Positions 23,174 through 35,442 of a DNA stretch of 64,000 nucleotides are shown here, one piece after another (position 1 is the stretch's first letter; each line of letters opens with the position of its first letter). The notes under the pieces are model-generated. The model did no database searches. It was not told the DNA's origin and saw nothing but the letters and a program-made list of their open reading frames with translations. The position numbers were made by a program, and so were the translations under genes. Origin of the DNA: Halocafeteria seosinensis (Eukaryota); NCBI GenBank assembly GCA_001687465.1, contig LVLI01000313.1, positions 1 to 64,000 of the forward strand. Direction: 5' to 3'.

Positions 23174-24233
23174 TGTAAACCTTCTAGGCGAATAATACGC
23201 GAAGATTAACAATATCTCGTTTTGGTTCGTTTTCCCAGGTATTCTTCACCTTTTTCGTACGGTAGGTGTTTACCCTACCTCAGGTGGATTGCGACGCAAA
23301 GTTACTTCAATGTGTATGGTGTCCCTCACACAGGACGTGTTTCCGAAGAACACGCAGAGCAAACTACCCTTCACTGTCTTCCTTCAAAGTTTTCAGCCTC
23401 CCAGAATCATGAACACACTGGAATGTTTGGAGATAGGAGTTGGTTGTGGCTCGAACCTGACAAACGTGGTTGGTCGAGACGAGTATCCGAATTGGTGTTG
23501 AACGAACCCCTTCCACCAGAAGATTCTCCCGATACATGCGAGAAACCACCAATTGGTCGATATCCCACTTACTTGTACAAAATCACTCTGTACGTACAAA
23601 GGCTTCCCAATGGTGCTCAACCAAACCATGCATGCCAACCATGTGTGAAGTGGTAGCTGTACTACAGCAGCTGGTATGTCTTGTAGTTTCAGTAGTTCAA
23701 CCCAAAGTTCGTAGCTCACGGGCTAGTGACGCCTAGCGTAGCATATGGGTGAGTTGATATTTAAGCCAGTATCCTTAACCCATATTACCCGTCTGTTACA
23801 GTGTAGAGAATCGCAAAGAACTTAAGCATCATTACACTGATCACATCATCGAGCACGGTATCTTCCGTACGTTCTTGCGTTTGTTGATTCGGAAGTTTGC
23901 TGAGATTGTTTCTGGTATCACCAATAGTCATAGTCATCTATTGAGGAGACGACTCACGGTGTCACGTCGATGTGGCACACCGTACAGTAAAAGCGCTCCC
24001 ATGTATCGGTTAGACCTCGTAAGTTTATCCTTCCACCCTTGCCTCTCGGATTTATGTACCTCTCTTTACTGGCATCTTCTCCATATGCGTATGTACATCT
24101 TCACTGCGGGGTCTGCCGATCCCCTGTGTATGGCTTGTCCACGCGTTAGTGACGAGTCTTCCTTCCGAAAACACAGAAACAGATAAGATTCGAGGAAGTA
24201 GAATTAGATTCATTCCAAAACCATATCTACCGC

Positions 24234-24274
24234 CGTAGCCTGTAGCCTACACGACTTCCGGTAGGAACAATACA
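24234..24274 (+). mobile_element. 3'-terminal fragment of the CRE-like retroelement
   Basis: cgtagcctgtagcctacacgacttccggtaggaacaatac matches the 3' UTR of the other copies. Confidence 0.75.
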
Positions 24275-24332
24275 TATATGTACTGATAATATCGCACTCT
24301 GTGTTGGTATGATACTTGGTGTAGCGGCTCAG

Positions 24333-24445
24333 ATCCAACTGCCGGTGGGCCATCAGTCACATTTTCGTCGTCGTCTTCTTTCAAGCGGCAGCCTTCAGGT
24401 CAACTTCCTGGCCGGTGGGCTATCTGTCACATGTGTGTATGTGTG
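24333..24445 (+). repeat. Two adjacent copies of dispersed GCCGGTGGGCYATCWGTCACA repeat
   Basis: 24337-24375 is identical to 40956-40994 (39 bp). 24398-24431 matches the reverse complement of 11713-11746. A related copy lies at about 49590-49660. Confidence 0.8.
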
Positions 24446-24462
24446 TTCAGGTAGCTCGGCAG

Positions 24463-25630
24463 TTTTTTTTTTTGTGTGTATTGGTATGGCTCCTACCGGA
24501 AGACGTGTCTGCTACAGGCTACGCTACGCCGTGTGAGGGGTGAACCCTACCGGGAACAACTCCAACATCTTCACGTTGTGGCGCATCAACGTGACTGACA
24601 GTTTGGCCGTCATCAGCTTGCGGAAGTTCCGCATCCCCCTTGTTCCGCACCGGGAGCCCGATGCTTTCCTGGCAATTCTCTTGAGGAACTTGGTTGTGTC
24701 TTTCCCGAAGTCGCCCGACGCCTCTATGGCGAACGAGATAATTTCCGTGTGTGGTGGTCCCTCAGGTGCCCGTATTTTGTCCGCTTCGTCTCCTCCGCTT
24801 CTGCCGCGATGGTGAGGGGTCTTCCTGGCTAGTCTGTCTCCCGTGAGCGGGTTCGCCCCGGCGATACGCGATGCTTCTGCTTCGTGGTCTGGGATGATTA
24901 TCCCCAGTCCTCCTGCCTTCGGGGACCGTTTGGCTCGTGTGACGGTGTAGGTGGGGAGCTCGTCTTGCCATTTCAGCGTTTTGCGCACCATGTCGGCCAT
25001 ATCCTGATTGAACTCTTCCAGTGGCCTATTGTTAACCTCCGGACTGAGGGTGCGAAGGCAGTAGTTGGGTTGTCTTGCGATTGAGTTGGTCAATAGTCTG
25101 AGTTGGTCAATAGTCTCATCGTGGCCTGCAGTTCTAGTCCTGCTCTCCATGCTTCTTTCAATGCGCCAACTTGAGAGGTTATCAAGTGTGGTTCTTTTCC
25201 GTACATAGCAAGGGCATTGAGAACTAACATTGATACCGGTAAGTTGAAAGTATCGATTCTGGTAATAAGCCTTTACATACGTCGCTCGACTCCCTGTTCG
25301 TTCAGACTTTAGACCATTGTTCCATTGGAATGTGAAGCAACTATTCGTATTCGTTATAGCCGAGTATCAGACAGGTCTGAAATTGTGCATACCGTACGGG
25401 ACTTCCAGGATTACAATACCTGTGCCGTCCAATGGTCGTACTGTGTTTTGCGGTGGGATGATAGGGCTCCATCCGTCTCCGTGTATGTCTAGGTCGTCTG
25501 CGACAAGGACCTGCGTCTTCTCCCTGTCCGATTAGCTGCGGTGCTTCCTGAAGCAGGTTGAATGCTGCCCGTGCTTCCGCCGGCACTCCTTGAATGACTA
25601 TGTCATATCTAGATATGCCGCGATGTTGCC
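24463..25630 (-). mobile_element. Degenerate, internally deleted non-LTR retrotransposon (CRE-like RT plus restriction-like endonuclease) with poly(A) end
   Basis: Remnants include AYLD(D)IVIQG (about 25620-25590), GIVILEVPYG, YCLRTLSP, KAGGLGI and IISFAIEASGDFG...KFLKRIARKA. The ORF ends GFTPHTA*, followed by a 3' UTR, AATACACAC and a poly(A) run (T run at about 24462-24473). Confidence 0.85.
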
Positions 25631-26286
25631 ATTTGACGTGGTAAGTTATCCCGAAAACCCATTTGCATTTGGCGGAATAGATCGGCGCAACGTTTTGTCA
25701 ATATCTTTCCGGAGTTGTTTTGACATTGCTATTCTTGAGTCGTAATATTTGAGAACGTTTTCATCCAAAACGATACACAGTAGATGCATAAACGCAGCAG
25801 TGTATCGCTATGCTTGAAGTACGGAAAGGCATCTTCTTTTCCAGGTATTCGTCTGTCTCATTGCACTAAATCCTTATGACTGCTGACGTGGTTTTTGAGC
25901 TGTTTGAGGTGCCAGCAGCTGTCGATGGCAATCCTCGGCGAGAAAAATTACCAGGTAGGATGGAAAGTTGACTTTTGAAGAACCCAGGAGCATTTCATGC
26001 AGAGTGTAAACCACTTATATCGTAGAAAAGCTCTTCGCGTAGACAGACTCCTAATCCAGATTCGCTTCGCTACGCGTCGTGAGTCGCGACCCCCTGGGCC
26101 CGTAACGTGGCGATCACGTTAAGTGAAAGAAATGTTTGACGTGAGTCAGCTTGTTTTGAGCAAGGTAAGTTAGGAGCCTTCGTAGCAGCCTGCTAGCAGG
26201 CTATACGCGCATAGTTTGTTCCTTCCGCGGTAGTTTAAACTTCCGTTGAATAGACCCGTCTGGGAATCCTCGACGACCAATCAGAA

Positions 26287-28559
26287 ATGGATCAAGTAAG
26301 TGGATCAGACACCTCTGCTCACCCGGGAGCATGGGCTCTCTTTGGCACCCCCTTGAATTAATTACAAAAGAGGTACCGGGATATTCATGTAATTTCCATT
26401 ATGCACTCGTTACAACGCTTGTATGCAGTCGGCTCTCGCTGCAGCAAAGGCTCGTGCAGCCGCTGTTGCGGCCAAGTACTCTGGTGGAGGAGGTGGCAGC
26501 AGTGGAGGAAGTGGAACTGGTGCCAATTCCTCAGCCTTAGGACGTCCAGGAAGCGGATTGGGCCAGAATTCCTCAGGTGGCTCAAACTCCAAGTCAGATG
26601 CAGCCCAGAGGGCTGCTAGCATTGCTGAGAGACTCGGATTCAATCTCCCACCTTCGGCCAAACGAGCGGCTCCTGGTGCGCTCCAAGATGCACCTTCCAA
26701 GCGAAAGCGAATTGAGGTCCCAAATAAACCGGGAATCAATTTTACAGGTAATTCCGCAAAGTTATTTTATTTCGATAAATTCTGAGCCTGAGCAATGGTG
26801 CTTATTTCTGTTGTTGATTTGCGGCAAAGCAGGACTGCTGATCGGATCCAGAGGGAGTACCCAAAAGTACCTCGAACAAGAGAGTGGCTGCAGAATCCTC
26901 CTTCGAGGCCAAGGAACCAATCGGGATCCAAATTTTGCGGGCGTAAGTGTTTAACGTCCTCACACAGTTATATAGACATGTGTCACGGTATGCTGCTCCG
27001 CCATGGATGCAGGAAGATGATGATGAACCCTTACACGTCACCGTCGAAGGCCATTCAGACGAAGCTATTGAAAAAGCAGAGAACTTGATCCAAGATATCA
27101 TTGATAACCCAGAAAAAGCAAGAGCTGTAAGTATTTACATAGCCTCTAACTCTTGAGGGTCTATCTTATATGGACACGGAATGGTTATATTCAGATGGGG
27201 CAAGAACGCGATCATTATGGACCCGGAGCTAGCACTTATACTGAGCAGCTCCAAGTACCGAATACGTGTGTCGGGACTATCATCGGACGAGGGGGAGAAA
27301 CTATTCGCGGTATGCAACAGCGCTCAGGAGCAAATATACAGCTACAGAGGGACGCTGAGACACCAGTGGGTGCAACGGAAAGGACGGTGACCATTAGTGG
27401 TCAACAAGAGCAGGTTGAAAAAGCCAAAGAATTGCTGGAAGAAATTGTGAAGGAACAGGAGGAGCACACAATCCGTCGGCGGGAGGAATCGGAGCAACCG
27501 AGTTACTATCAACCTGTTGCGAACTTGCAGATTACGGTCCCCAATGATCGAGTTGGGTTAATTATAGGCACAAGAGGTCGTACGATTGCTGGTATACAAG
27601 ATCGTACGGGCGCGCGGATTCAAATCCCTAAGGGTCCTGATACGGAAGATCCTTCTCATAGGACGATAACCATAACAGCCGAGAGTCATGAAGCAGCCAA
27701 TGCCGCTCAGACCGAGATTGAAATCGTCACACAAGGAGGCGACAACCCTGGGATGTCGATTCCCACTGTTTATGTAGATGTTCCCAATGATAAAGTTGGT
27801 TCCGTAATTGGCAAAGGTGGTGCCACTATCCGTGATATTCAGGAGCGGACGGGAACAAAAATCCAAATACCACCCGAGCCGGATTTTACCGGAATCAGAA
27901 AGGTCGCCATTCGAGGAACTCAGGTGGGCTGTGAACAGGCTCAGCAAGAAGTTCTGTACATCGTTCAGACTGCTGCTGGTGCAGGACACCATGCCCAACC
28001 ATACGGCTACGGAATTCCTGCTGGCCAACCAGCGTACGGTTATGCCCCTGCTCCGGCTATGGACTATACCCAACAAGGTGCTCAGTATTACCAGCAATAT
28101 CCGCAGTTTTATCAACAGCCACAGGATCCAGCTTACCAAGCTGCATATCAACCGCAGGCGGCAGCGGTAGATCCTCAGCAGCAACAGCAACAACCTATGG
28201 CACAAGCACAGCCCGTAGCACAGGACCAGACGGCTGCCCCAGCCGCTTCGACGCAGGATCCTGTGGAACTATGGAGACAATATGAAGCGTACTATGCCCA
28301 GTTTGGCTGGAAATGGGACTATGAAAACAATCAATGGGCGCCCATTGAAGGATTCAATCCCGCTTCTGCCCCAGCTGTTCAAGGCACCGCCGATACCTCA
28401 ACTTCTACGACTGCAGATGGCCAGCCGCAGCAAACTGGAGTAGTGAATGGCGCTCCGGCTGTTGCTAGTGGCGGAGATGGCGTTCCACAAGGCAGCACGG
28501 AAGCCCCAGCTGAAAATGCAGCAGCTGGTGCCAAACAAGAAGGTACAGAAGAGGCATAA
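26287..28559 (+). CDS. FUBP/PSI-like KH-domain RNA-binding protein (4 KH domains; first KH is SF1/BBP-like); multi-exon
   Basis: Microexon MDQ|gtaagt. N-helix SALAAAKARAAAVAAKY. KH GxxG loops: LLIGSRGSTQK, IIGRGGETIR, IIGTRGRTI, VIGKGGATIR. Q/Y/P-rich tail with a WRQYEAYY motif. Confidence 0.85.
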
Positions 28560-29387
28560 TTGATTATCTGTTGTTTTCATAATTCCCCTTTTCACAATTG
28601 CTGTTGGTTGCTTGATTGAATGTTTCATTCGATGCTAAAACAACGTCCCCGTCTTTCTTTTGCTGATTTACTTTGACAGCAGGCAGTGTTTAATCTTAAT
28701 CTTAGTGTTGGTCCGTTGTTATCCTTCGGATCATTATTGCAGATACACTACGCTTGCGCGTAAGTAGTTTCCTGGTCCTAATAATTGTTTTGCATTCGAC
28801 TACCGCGTTTTGGCTATTGAACAGTTTGTTGTTTAACCACCTTTGTTTCTGTGTAGCGTGTCTTGACTTGTCTTCCAATGGTGGTTGTCAGTGATCATTA
28901 CAAGCAGGCAGATTCTCTCTCCCAGTGGAAGGAAGTTCCAGATCCTTTCGTTTACGTCCATTGTCATTGTCGAAAAGGGAGTATACTTTATGTCAACGCA
29001 TCTTCCTCCTTGGCATATTTTCTTTTGCTTCGTCCACACAGGCTTGAGTTTCTTCCTTCCCGAATGGCGTCACGTTGGGACCCTCAACGTTTCCCTTTCG
29101 CCATCCTCGATCCGATGGCTCTAGGGCATTGCGATGGTGGCGAAAAATAAAAATGTACACATGCTTATTTTTCATCCTCAGTTCGTGTGAGAGGCAAATA
29201 TCCAATGAACCCACGTACAACTTGTATTGTTATTGAAGTTGGGTCCCTCGTCGCCGTTGAAGTGGGACAGTCCCATGTTCCCTATCGAATTGATACACCT
29301 TTATCCCCCACAGCCTCACGTGCATAGGCGACTTTAGTATAGTAGACAGGCGGTGGGGGTCTTTTGGAGCGTGTAAAATGACCCAAA

Positions 29388-31533
29388 ATGTCGAATAAAG
29401 CGTCTTCCCCGTCATCGTCGGCGTCTCCCAGCTTTGGACAGCAGATAAAAGGCTGGCTGAGTGCATTGGGAGGCTCTCGAGGGCCCTATGACGCTCGTAC
29501 AGGTTCCGTACGTCTGCAGGACTTGGGTCCTGGGGATATATTACTGATTCAGAGCCGCCTGAAAAGCGGCAACTTGGTCCAAGGGGTCTCACTTCCTCCT
29601 CAAGTAGTACGGACGATACAATCAGCTCATACAAGGGGTACCGTGGGAATTCAGCAGCAAAAATTGAAGTAAGTCTCTATGCTTACTTGGTCTACGAAAT
29701 GCCGCGTCTTGCCGTGGGATCAAAAAAATTGTTATTTTTGGTGTCCCCTCAGTTCCTTCACCCACGCGGCTTTGGTGCTGAAACGGAAAGGACGAAGTTA
29801 TGTGGCATTACCCACACGAGAAGGGATTGAGCTCTTCCCAGCCTACAGGTGGCTGAAGAAATTACTCTCCAATGGGGTCAAAGTACGCACGCATGTAGAT
29901 CGAGCGAGTGGGGACGATATTTCATGGCTGTTTTGACATGCAGGTGGTGGTGCGGCAACTGAAAGTATCATTCACTTCCGAAATGAGATCTGTACTGGAA
30001 GATCTCCTTAAAATGGCAGCAAGAGGATGCTCTTGGACCCAGCAAATACCTGGCTCTGTATCGGCTCGGTCGGAAGGAGACCATGCCACAGGGGACAGTG
30101 ACAATGTTTCCCCTGCGGAGAGTAGCGCTAACATACCCATGACGAGTACCCCTAGATCTTCCAGTACTGCAAGACATCAAAGAAATAGCTCGATAGCCCG
30201 TGGATCAGCGTCGGCCGCCTCCATGGACGATAAATCAAGTACGGCACGAAGTTCTCGGAGCGATGGTAGTAGCACACTGGTGTCTGAGCGAAGCGACCTT
30301 TCTCCGTTTGGGAAGAAGTTCTTAGGCATGCTACTACCACGAATATGGGCGTCTGTTTCCAAGGTTCCAGCCCAGGTGCAGCTTGAGTTAAAGAGGGCTT
30401 TCCGAAATTTTGATACCGATAATGACGGATGTGTTTCGCAAGAAGAGTTTGGAAGTGTTCTACAGGAGCTCCACGGATCATTCCCCCTTCAATACGAAGT
30501 ATCGCAGTTGCTAAAGCTGCTCCCTGATCCTGAGTACGTTGGATAGAGCCACGTCGCCGTTGATGATATACTATTAATCATATAGTTCTGAATCAAATGT
30601 GTCTCGCAGAGCTACCTCTATATCAGAACGAGATATTCTATATGCGTTAGTGAGGAATCCTCTTAAACAAATACCGTTGGAGCACGATCTGGATGCTATT
30701 GTTTGCGGGGAATTTGTAGCCACCGTATACGAGTTGATGGGGCTGTTACCCGAACGGTCTATAGAAACACTAAAGAAGTCTTCCACTACACTCGACACAT
30801 CCCACCTGGAGAGAAGAGTTCCTGAGGAAGATGGTAAGCAAGAAAAAATGCTCGAGCAAGAACAATCCGCCAAGGAGTCTCCCGCCGAAGTTAAGCACGC
30901 CGACGAAGAAGATAACAAAAGTGACCGAGGAAAACAGGTAAAGTAGCGCCGGACCCGGACGTGTCTTCAGACCATGATGCTGCTACCACTGACGAGGAAA
31001 ACGTTACTACAAGACGTGGTAGCAATAGCTCGGAAAACTCTGGAGAAGAATTATTCTCAAGTTCAAGTTCACCGAGAAGGAAAAAGAGGTCTCAAAAGAA
31101 ACTACAGGAAGCCATCAGTGAAGCCAAGGAGAATGAGCGGGAGCGACAAAGGCGAATCCAAGAGAAAAGGGCTCTCGACAAAGAGAAGACAAGGTCTTCA
31201 ATGGAAGAAAAAAACCATCAGCGTATGATGGCAGATGCACGAAACTCAAGGTACAACGGAATTGCATCACCGAGGAAAAAGCAGATTAACAAGAGTTATG
31301 CTTACAGCATTGTGGTATTGGATGACTCTGCAACGGAGACGGACTTTTCCCACTTTGTTCCAATGTCATTTTGCAGTAAACACAAGCCACCTCTGCGGCT
31401 GAGGCACGGGAAATTAACGAACGAGGCTCCCGTAGAACTGCCAGATGAGGAGGATGAAGAATCCGAAGAAGGAACTCCTCCTAAAGATCCAAAGCGTGAG
31501 ACTAAGAACACGAAGAAAATTGTGCCGACGTAG
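29388..31533 (+). CDS. Permuted papain-like NlpC/P60 (YiiX/YebB-like) enzyme with an inserted EF-hand; multi-exon
   Basis: LGPGDILLI, FTHAALVL (His), VVVRQL, then EF-hand AFRNFDTDNDGCVSQEEF, then IVCGEFVATVYELMGLLP (Cys) and a C-terminal FVPMSFCS...LRL...G.L..E. Confidence 0.7.
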
Positions 31534-31705
31534 CACCTATTGTCAACCAATGCCATAGCGTGCGCAGTGAAGGTCATTTTACTTAGTTGTGGTCGGTATA
31601 GAGAACACTTGCGATGGGGAATCCTGTTGCTATTCTTGAAAGGGAAGAAAGCCACTATCTACTCCGGAACGATTCCAATCTATCTGTAGGCGGAAAAGCA
31701 TACAC

Positions 31706-32584
31706 TTATTCGTATACCCAAGGTTCGTTGCTGGATTGCCACTCGTGGACACTGCCTTCGGGGAACCAATGGTTGATTTCCTTCTGAGCGGATTCGACAG
31801 AGTCGGAACCGTGGCAGACATTACGGCCAACATCAATGCAGAGATCCCCACGGATGGTACCGGGAGAACTGTCTGCGGGGTTGGTGGCTCCGAGAAGAGT
31901 ACGTCCTCCTTTGACAACACCTTTTCCTTCCCAGACCTGTCAAGAACACAAATGACAGAGATCCATATTCAATTAGTACAACAGGATATAGAAGGAAGAC
32001 GTACCATGGCGACAACGGGACCAGAGAGCATGTACTCTACAAGACCATTGAAGAAAGGCTTGTGGCTCAAGTCAGTGTAGTGCTCCTCGACATGGGGTCT
32101 GCATATATCCAGTACAACAACCACAAAAGACATGAATGCGTTTGTGCGCATAAAAAATTAACAATATACCACGCAATATGTGCTTACCTGGAAGGTCTAT
32201 CCATCTTCATGGCAACCAATTTGTAGCCCTTGCGCTCGAAACGAGTGATGATTTCGCCAACCTGCCAACACGAGTAATGAAAAAGCATGTAATGACAAAG
32301 AACATTGGCATAGGGACTGTTTGGGCTGTATATAATGCACAATATCTTGATCAAGATGCGCAGAAGTGGCGGTGTCAGACCGTCTTTTCCCCCATTATTC
32401 GTCCCTTTCTACTCCCTCTCCCGCTCTGATGATTTGACCAGAGGATGTCGAATTGTCTTGGCAACACGTCTGGGCCAGCGGAATGGCTGTTTGAAGCCCG
32501 GAAAGGGTTGAAAATGGGACTTACCAGATTGCGTTGGACGCCATCTGGCTTGACCATAATGAAAGTTCTCTCGGTATTGGACAT
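31706..32584 (-). CDS. NDK: Nucleoside diphosphate kinase (group I), 4 exons
   Basis: [20 protein letters not shown] / [19 protein letters not shown] / [26 protein letters not shown] / VWEG...[31 protein letters not shown]...WVYE*. Confidence 0.97.
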
Positions 32585-33977
32585 TTTCAGAGCTTTTTAT
32601 GGTTCCGAAACAGGTCTAGTACGAAAATACAATGTTTCTTCTATCGTATACGACGGGCCGTATATGAATAATCCTTGGGTATTCCCGATGAAACCAACAG
32701 GTTGAAGAGGGTCCTACCAGGAATTCGTGGTGGTAAACACGAAGAAAAGATTTCCCGGTACAGAAGACCAAAAAACACGAGAAGGGGAGAACAAGGGGAA
32801 GAGGGATCGCGTCGTTTCTGAAAACAAACATTGCTCGGTCCACTTAACCCGAAACAACGAAACAACAAAAAGCATCGTATGGAGAGAAAGAAGGGCAGGG
32901 GGCGATTAAGTGAACGCCAGCACTTAGAAAAAAAAAAAAAAAAACCTGACAGAACCTTTCCCAGAACGGTTTGCCCAGGCTGATCACAATAGCCCGCAAG
33001 CCGATACACAATAGGTTCTGGGGTACGACGTGATATACGACAGGCTTGAAACAATGAAGTTACTCCATCACATGCCACATCTACCCACGGCATGTGCAAG
33101 GGGAGGAGGGCAGTGGGCAGTGGAGTTTTGGTGGCACTTCGGCGAAAAAAGCAAACCAGGAGCTAAGAAGTCGTCAGCTTACGGATGCCAAAGTTGATAA
33201 AGGATAGCAAGGAAGCAGGACATGGAAATGAATATAAGTTACATCTGCCTTCCGTACAGTACAAGTTGTACTATCTGTACCAGCGCCGATGGGGATAACG
33301 AAAAGGGTGGAGGAAGAAGACTCGTTGCTCGTTTAGGTGGAATTTGCGGGAAGGCGTAGCCCGGACGGATGATATGCTCTGTAGATTGGATATTCCATCT
33401 TTAGTAGTTCGACGAACACAGCCCCACAGGGTGAAGAGAGTCCAATGTTCATATTGTTTGGTCTCGGAGTGAGCATGATACTTTATACGAACCCACCGAA
33501 ACGGTGGATTTGAGGGAGCGCGAAGCGCTCACGAAAAGACACCGGAGGTGAACTGGACCAGATGTGTGTGGTGTAGTAAAACATTGTCAGCAAGTCTATA
33601 CATAGGGAAAATCGTTCAGGTACTTCCACAGATCCCGCTGCAACGTGTCCGTAGTCGCGTAGCGTCACTGATCACACACCACGTATTACTCCGGTAGAGT
33701 TCACCTCAAACCCACTTCCCAAACAAATTTTCTAGCAACTAACCCTTCATCGGGACCCCCTTCACGCGCCCCCGCGGGAAGGTACGTTTACACGTGAATA
33801 AAGCCTCGTCCATGAAAAGTCTCATAAAAGATTGTTGCCTTCGATGATGCACGCCTTGGATAACACTATTAAGGTCGTTATATCACGATTTGCACCTCAT
33901 ATTCGTCTTTAATGGTGTATTGAGCACCTGTTCGAGCTAGAATTGTCTTGATTGCCCTAGAGGAAAATACTGAGAAA

Positions 33978-34858
33978 ATGGCTCAAAGTGCAGCAGCATC
34001 CTCCAAACAGCGCAATGAGATCGTTCAAGGCTTTATAGATCACTCCATATTCGACGAGAAAGGAAATTTACTCACCCATCAGCAGCAACAACAATCTGTG
34101 GCCGCGTCTGGGGCCTCAGGAGCGGCCAGTGGGACTGAATTAAAGCCCCCAGGCTACATACCAATGGATGCTTCAGCCTTGACAGTACGTGATTTTGTCG
34201 ATATTGTGCTTATTATGAGGCATTTGGGGGACATACACTAGCCTATGAATGGTGTGCCATCGCAGCAGCAACGGAGCGCAGGAGGAGGCGGTGCAACAGA
34301 GTACAAGACACAGAGCAGCAGTGAGACACGGAGACTTCAGGAGGAAAAAGGTGAGTTTACCTCTACATGAACATTTATGTTTGTATGGTCTGTGTGAATT
34401 GTTTGGATTCTGCGTGGTACACAGCGATGCAAATTGCCAAGAGTCCCGGGCAGTCGTTGTTTATGCTAATGTTCATGGCATTTATCACCGGGAGTTCGCT
34501 CTCGATCTATACGATATTTATGCTATCGCCGATTATATTTACACCAATCAATAACTTTATCAATTTCAGGACGGGTAAGTGCTTGCCTTGGTCTGCTGGA
34601 GCGACGTGTGATGTGCTCGAAACACCAACACTGGTTCTGGCACTTTATCTCGCAGCATTCCAACCTGTTGAACACTCTGGAATTGATCTCACGAAACACA
34701 AAGCCATTTATCTGTTACTCAGTTGTGTCAGCGCACTCGTCCCGATATATAAGATTCACATATACGGCTTGTTCCCAGCGACCTCTGCTGATTGGATCAG
34801 TATGATTCCAACCAAGCGCCAACTCGAAGCTACCGCACAGGCTGTAGGATTAGTCTGA
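33978..34858 (+). CDS. EMC4: ER membrane protein complex subunit 4 (TMEM85); multi-exon
   Basis: PPGY motif; AMQIAKSPGQSLFMLMFMAFITGSSLSIYTI...FTPI; YKIHIYGLFPATSADWIS resembles YKCQSMGLLPTHASDWLA. Confidence 0.85.
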
Positions 34859-35442
34859 GATATACCATACCATCTACAGGAAAACGGGAGATTGTCAATG
34901 ATTCAACGAAGGGTAAATTCTCACTATGCAACGCTACTGGCTGTTACAAAGCGCTAGCCATATACATGATGCGCGTAGAGTAGCTAGATTCCGCGGTCCA
35001 TGGACCAGTGGGAGGATATGTCGTGTACCACAAATACATACATACATACATTGATTCCAAAACAAGCTTTGTAGGCCGCCATTCTTATATGTTCCAGAAC
35101 GCCACATCGAGGAAACACTACCGCGAACACTTTGGTTTGTGAACTGCTCCAGAAGCGCGTGAACATGGTTGACACACTGATGCTACTGGGCATGGTATCA
35201 GCGTCGAGACGGATAAGCATGTCATTGGTTTCCGTGAATGAGTGAACACCTACATAAAGGTACTTTTTCTTTGACAGCGAAGATTAGCGACTTCATTTTC
35301 TAGACGAATGGAAGCCCTTCAATCCATACGATGCGGAATCAAACAACCCCACACACACAACCCCATGCAGTTTCTTTTCCGAGAGCGCACCATTGTATTG
35401 TTCGTTTGCTTCACCAAGTTTTCTATTAGCACCTTAGTCTAA

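Noticed and set aside
27558..28205. 215-aa antisense ORF and similar long antisense ORFs over real genes (e.g. 62861..63529)
   Set aside because: These are shadow ORFs of the coding strand with no protein-like motifs.
32928..32944. Poly(A) run as a retrocopy tail
   Set aside because: No adjacent retroelement 3' sequence or target-site duplication. Likely a simple homopolymer upstream of NDK.
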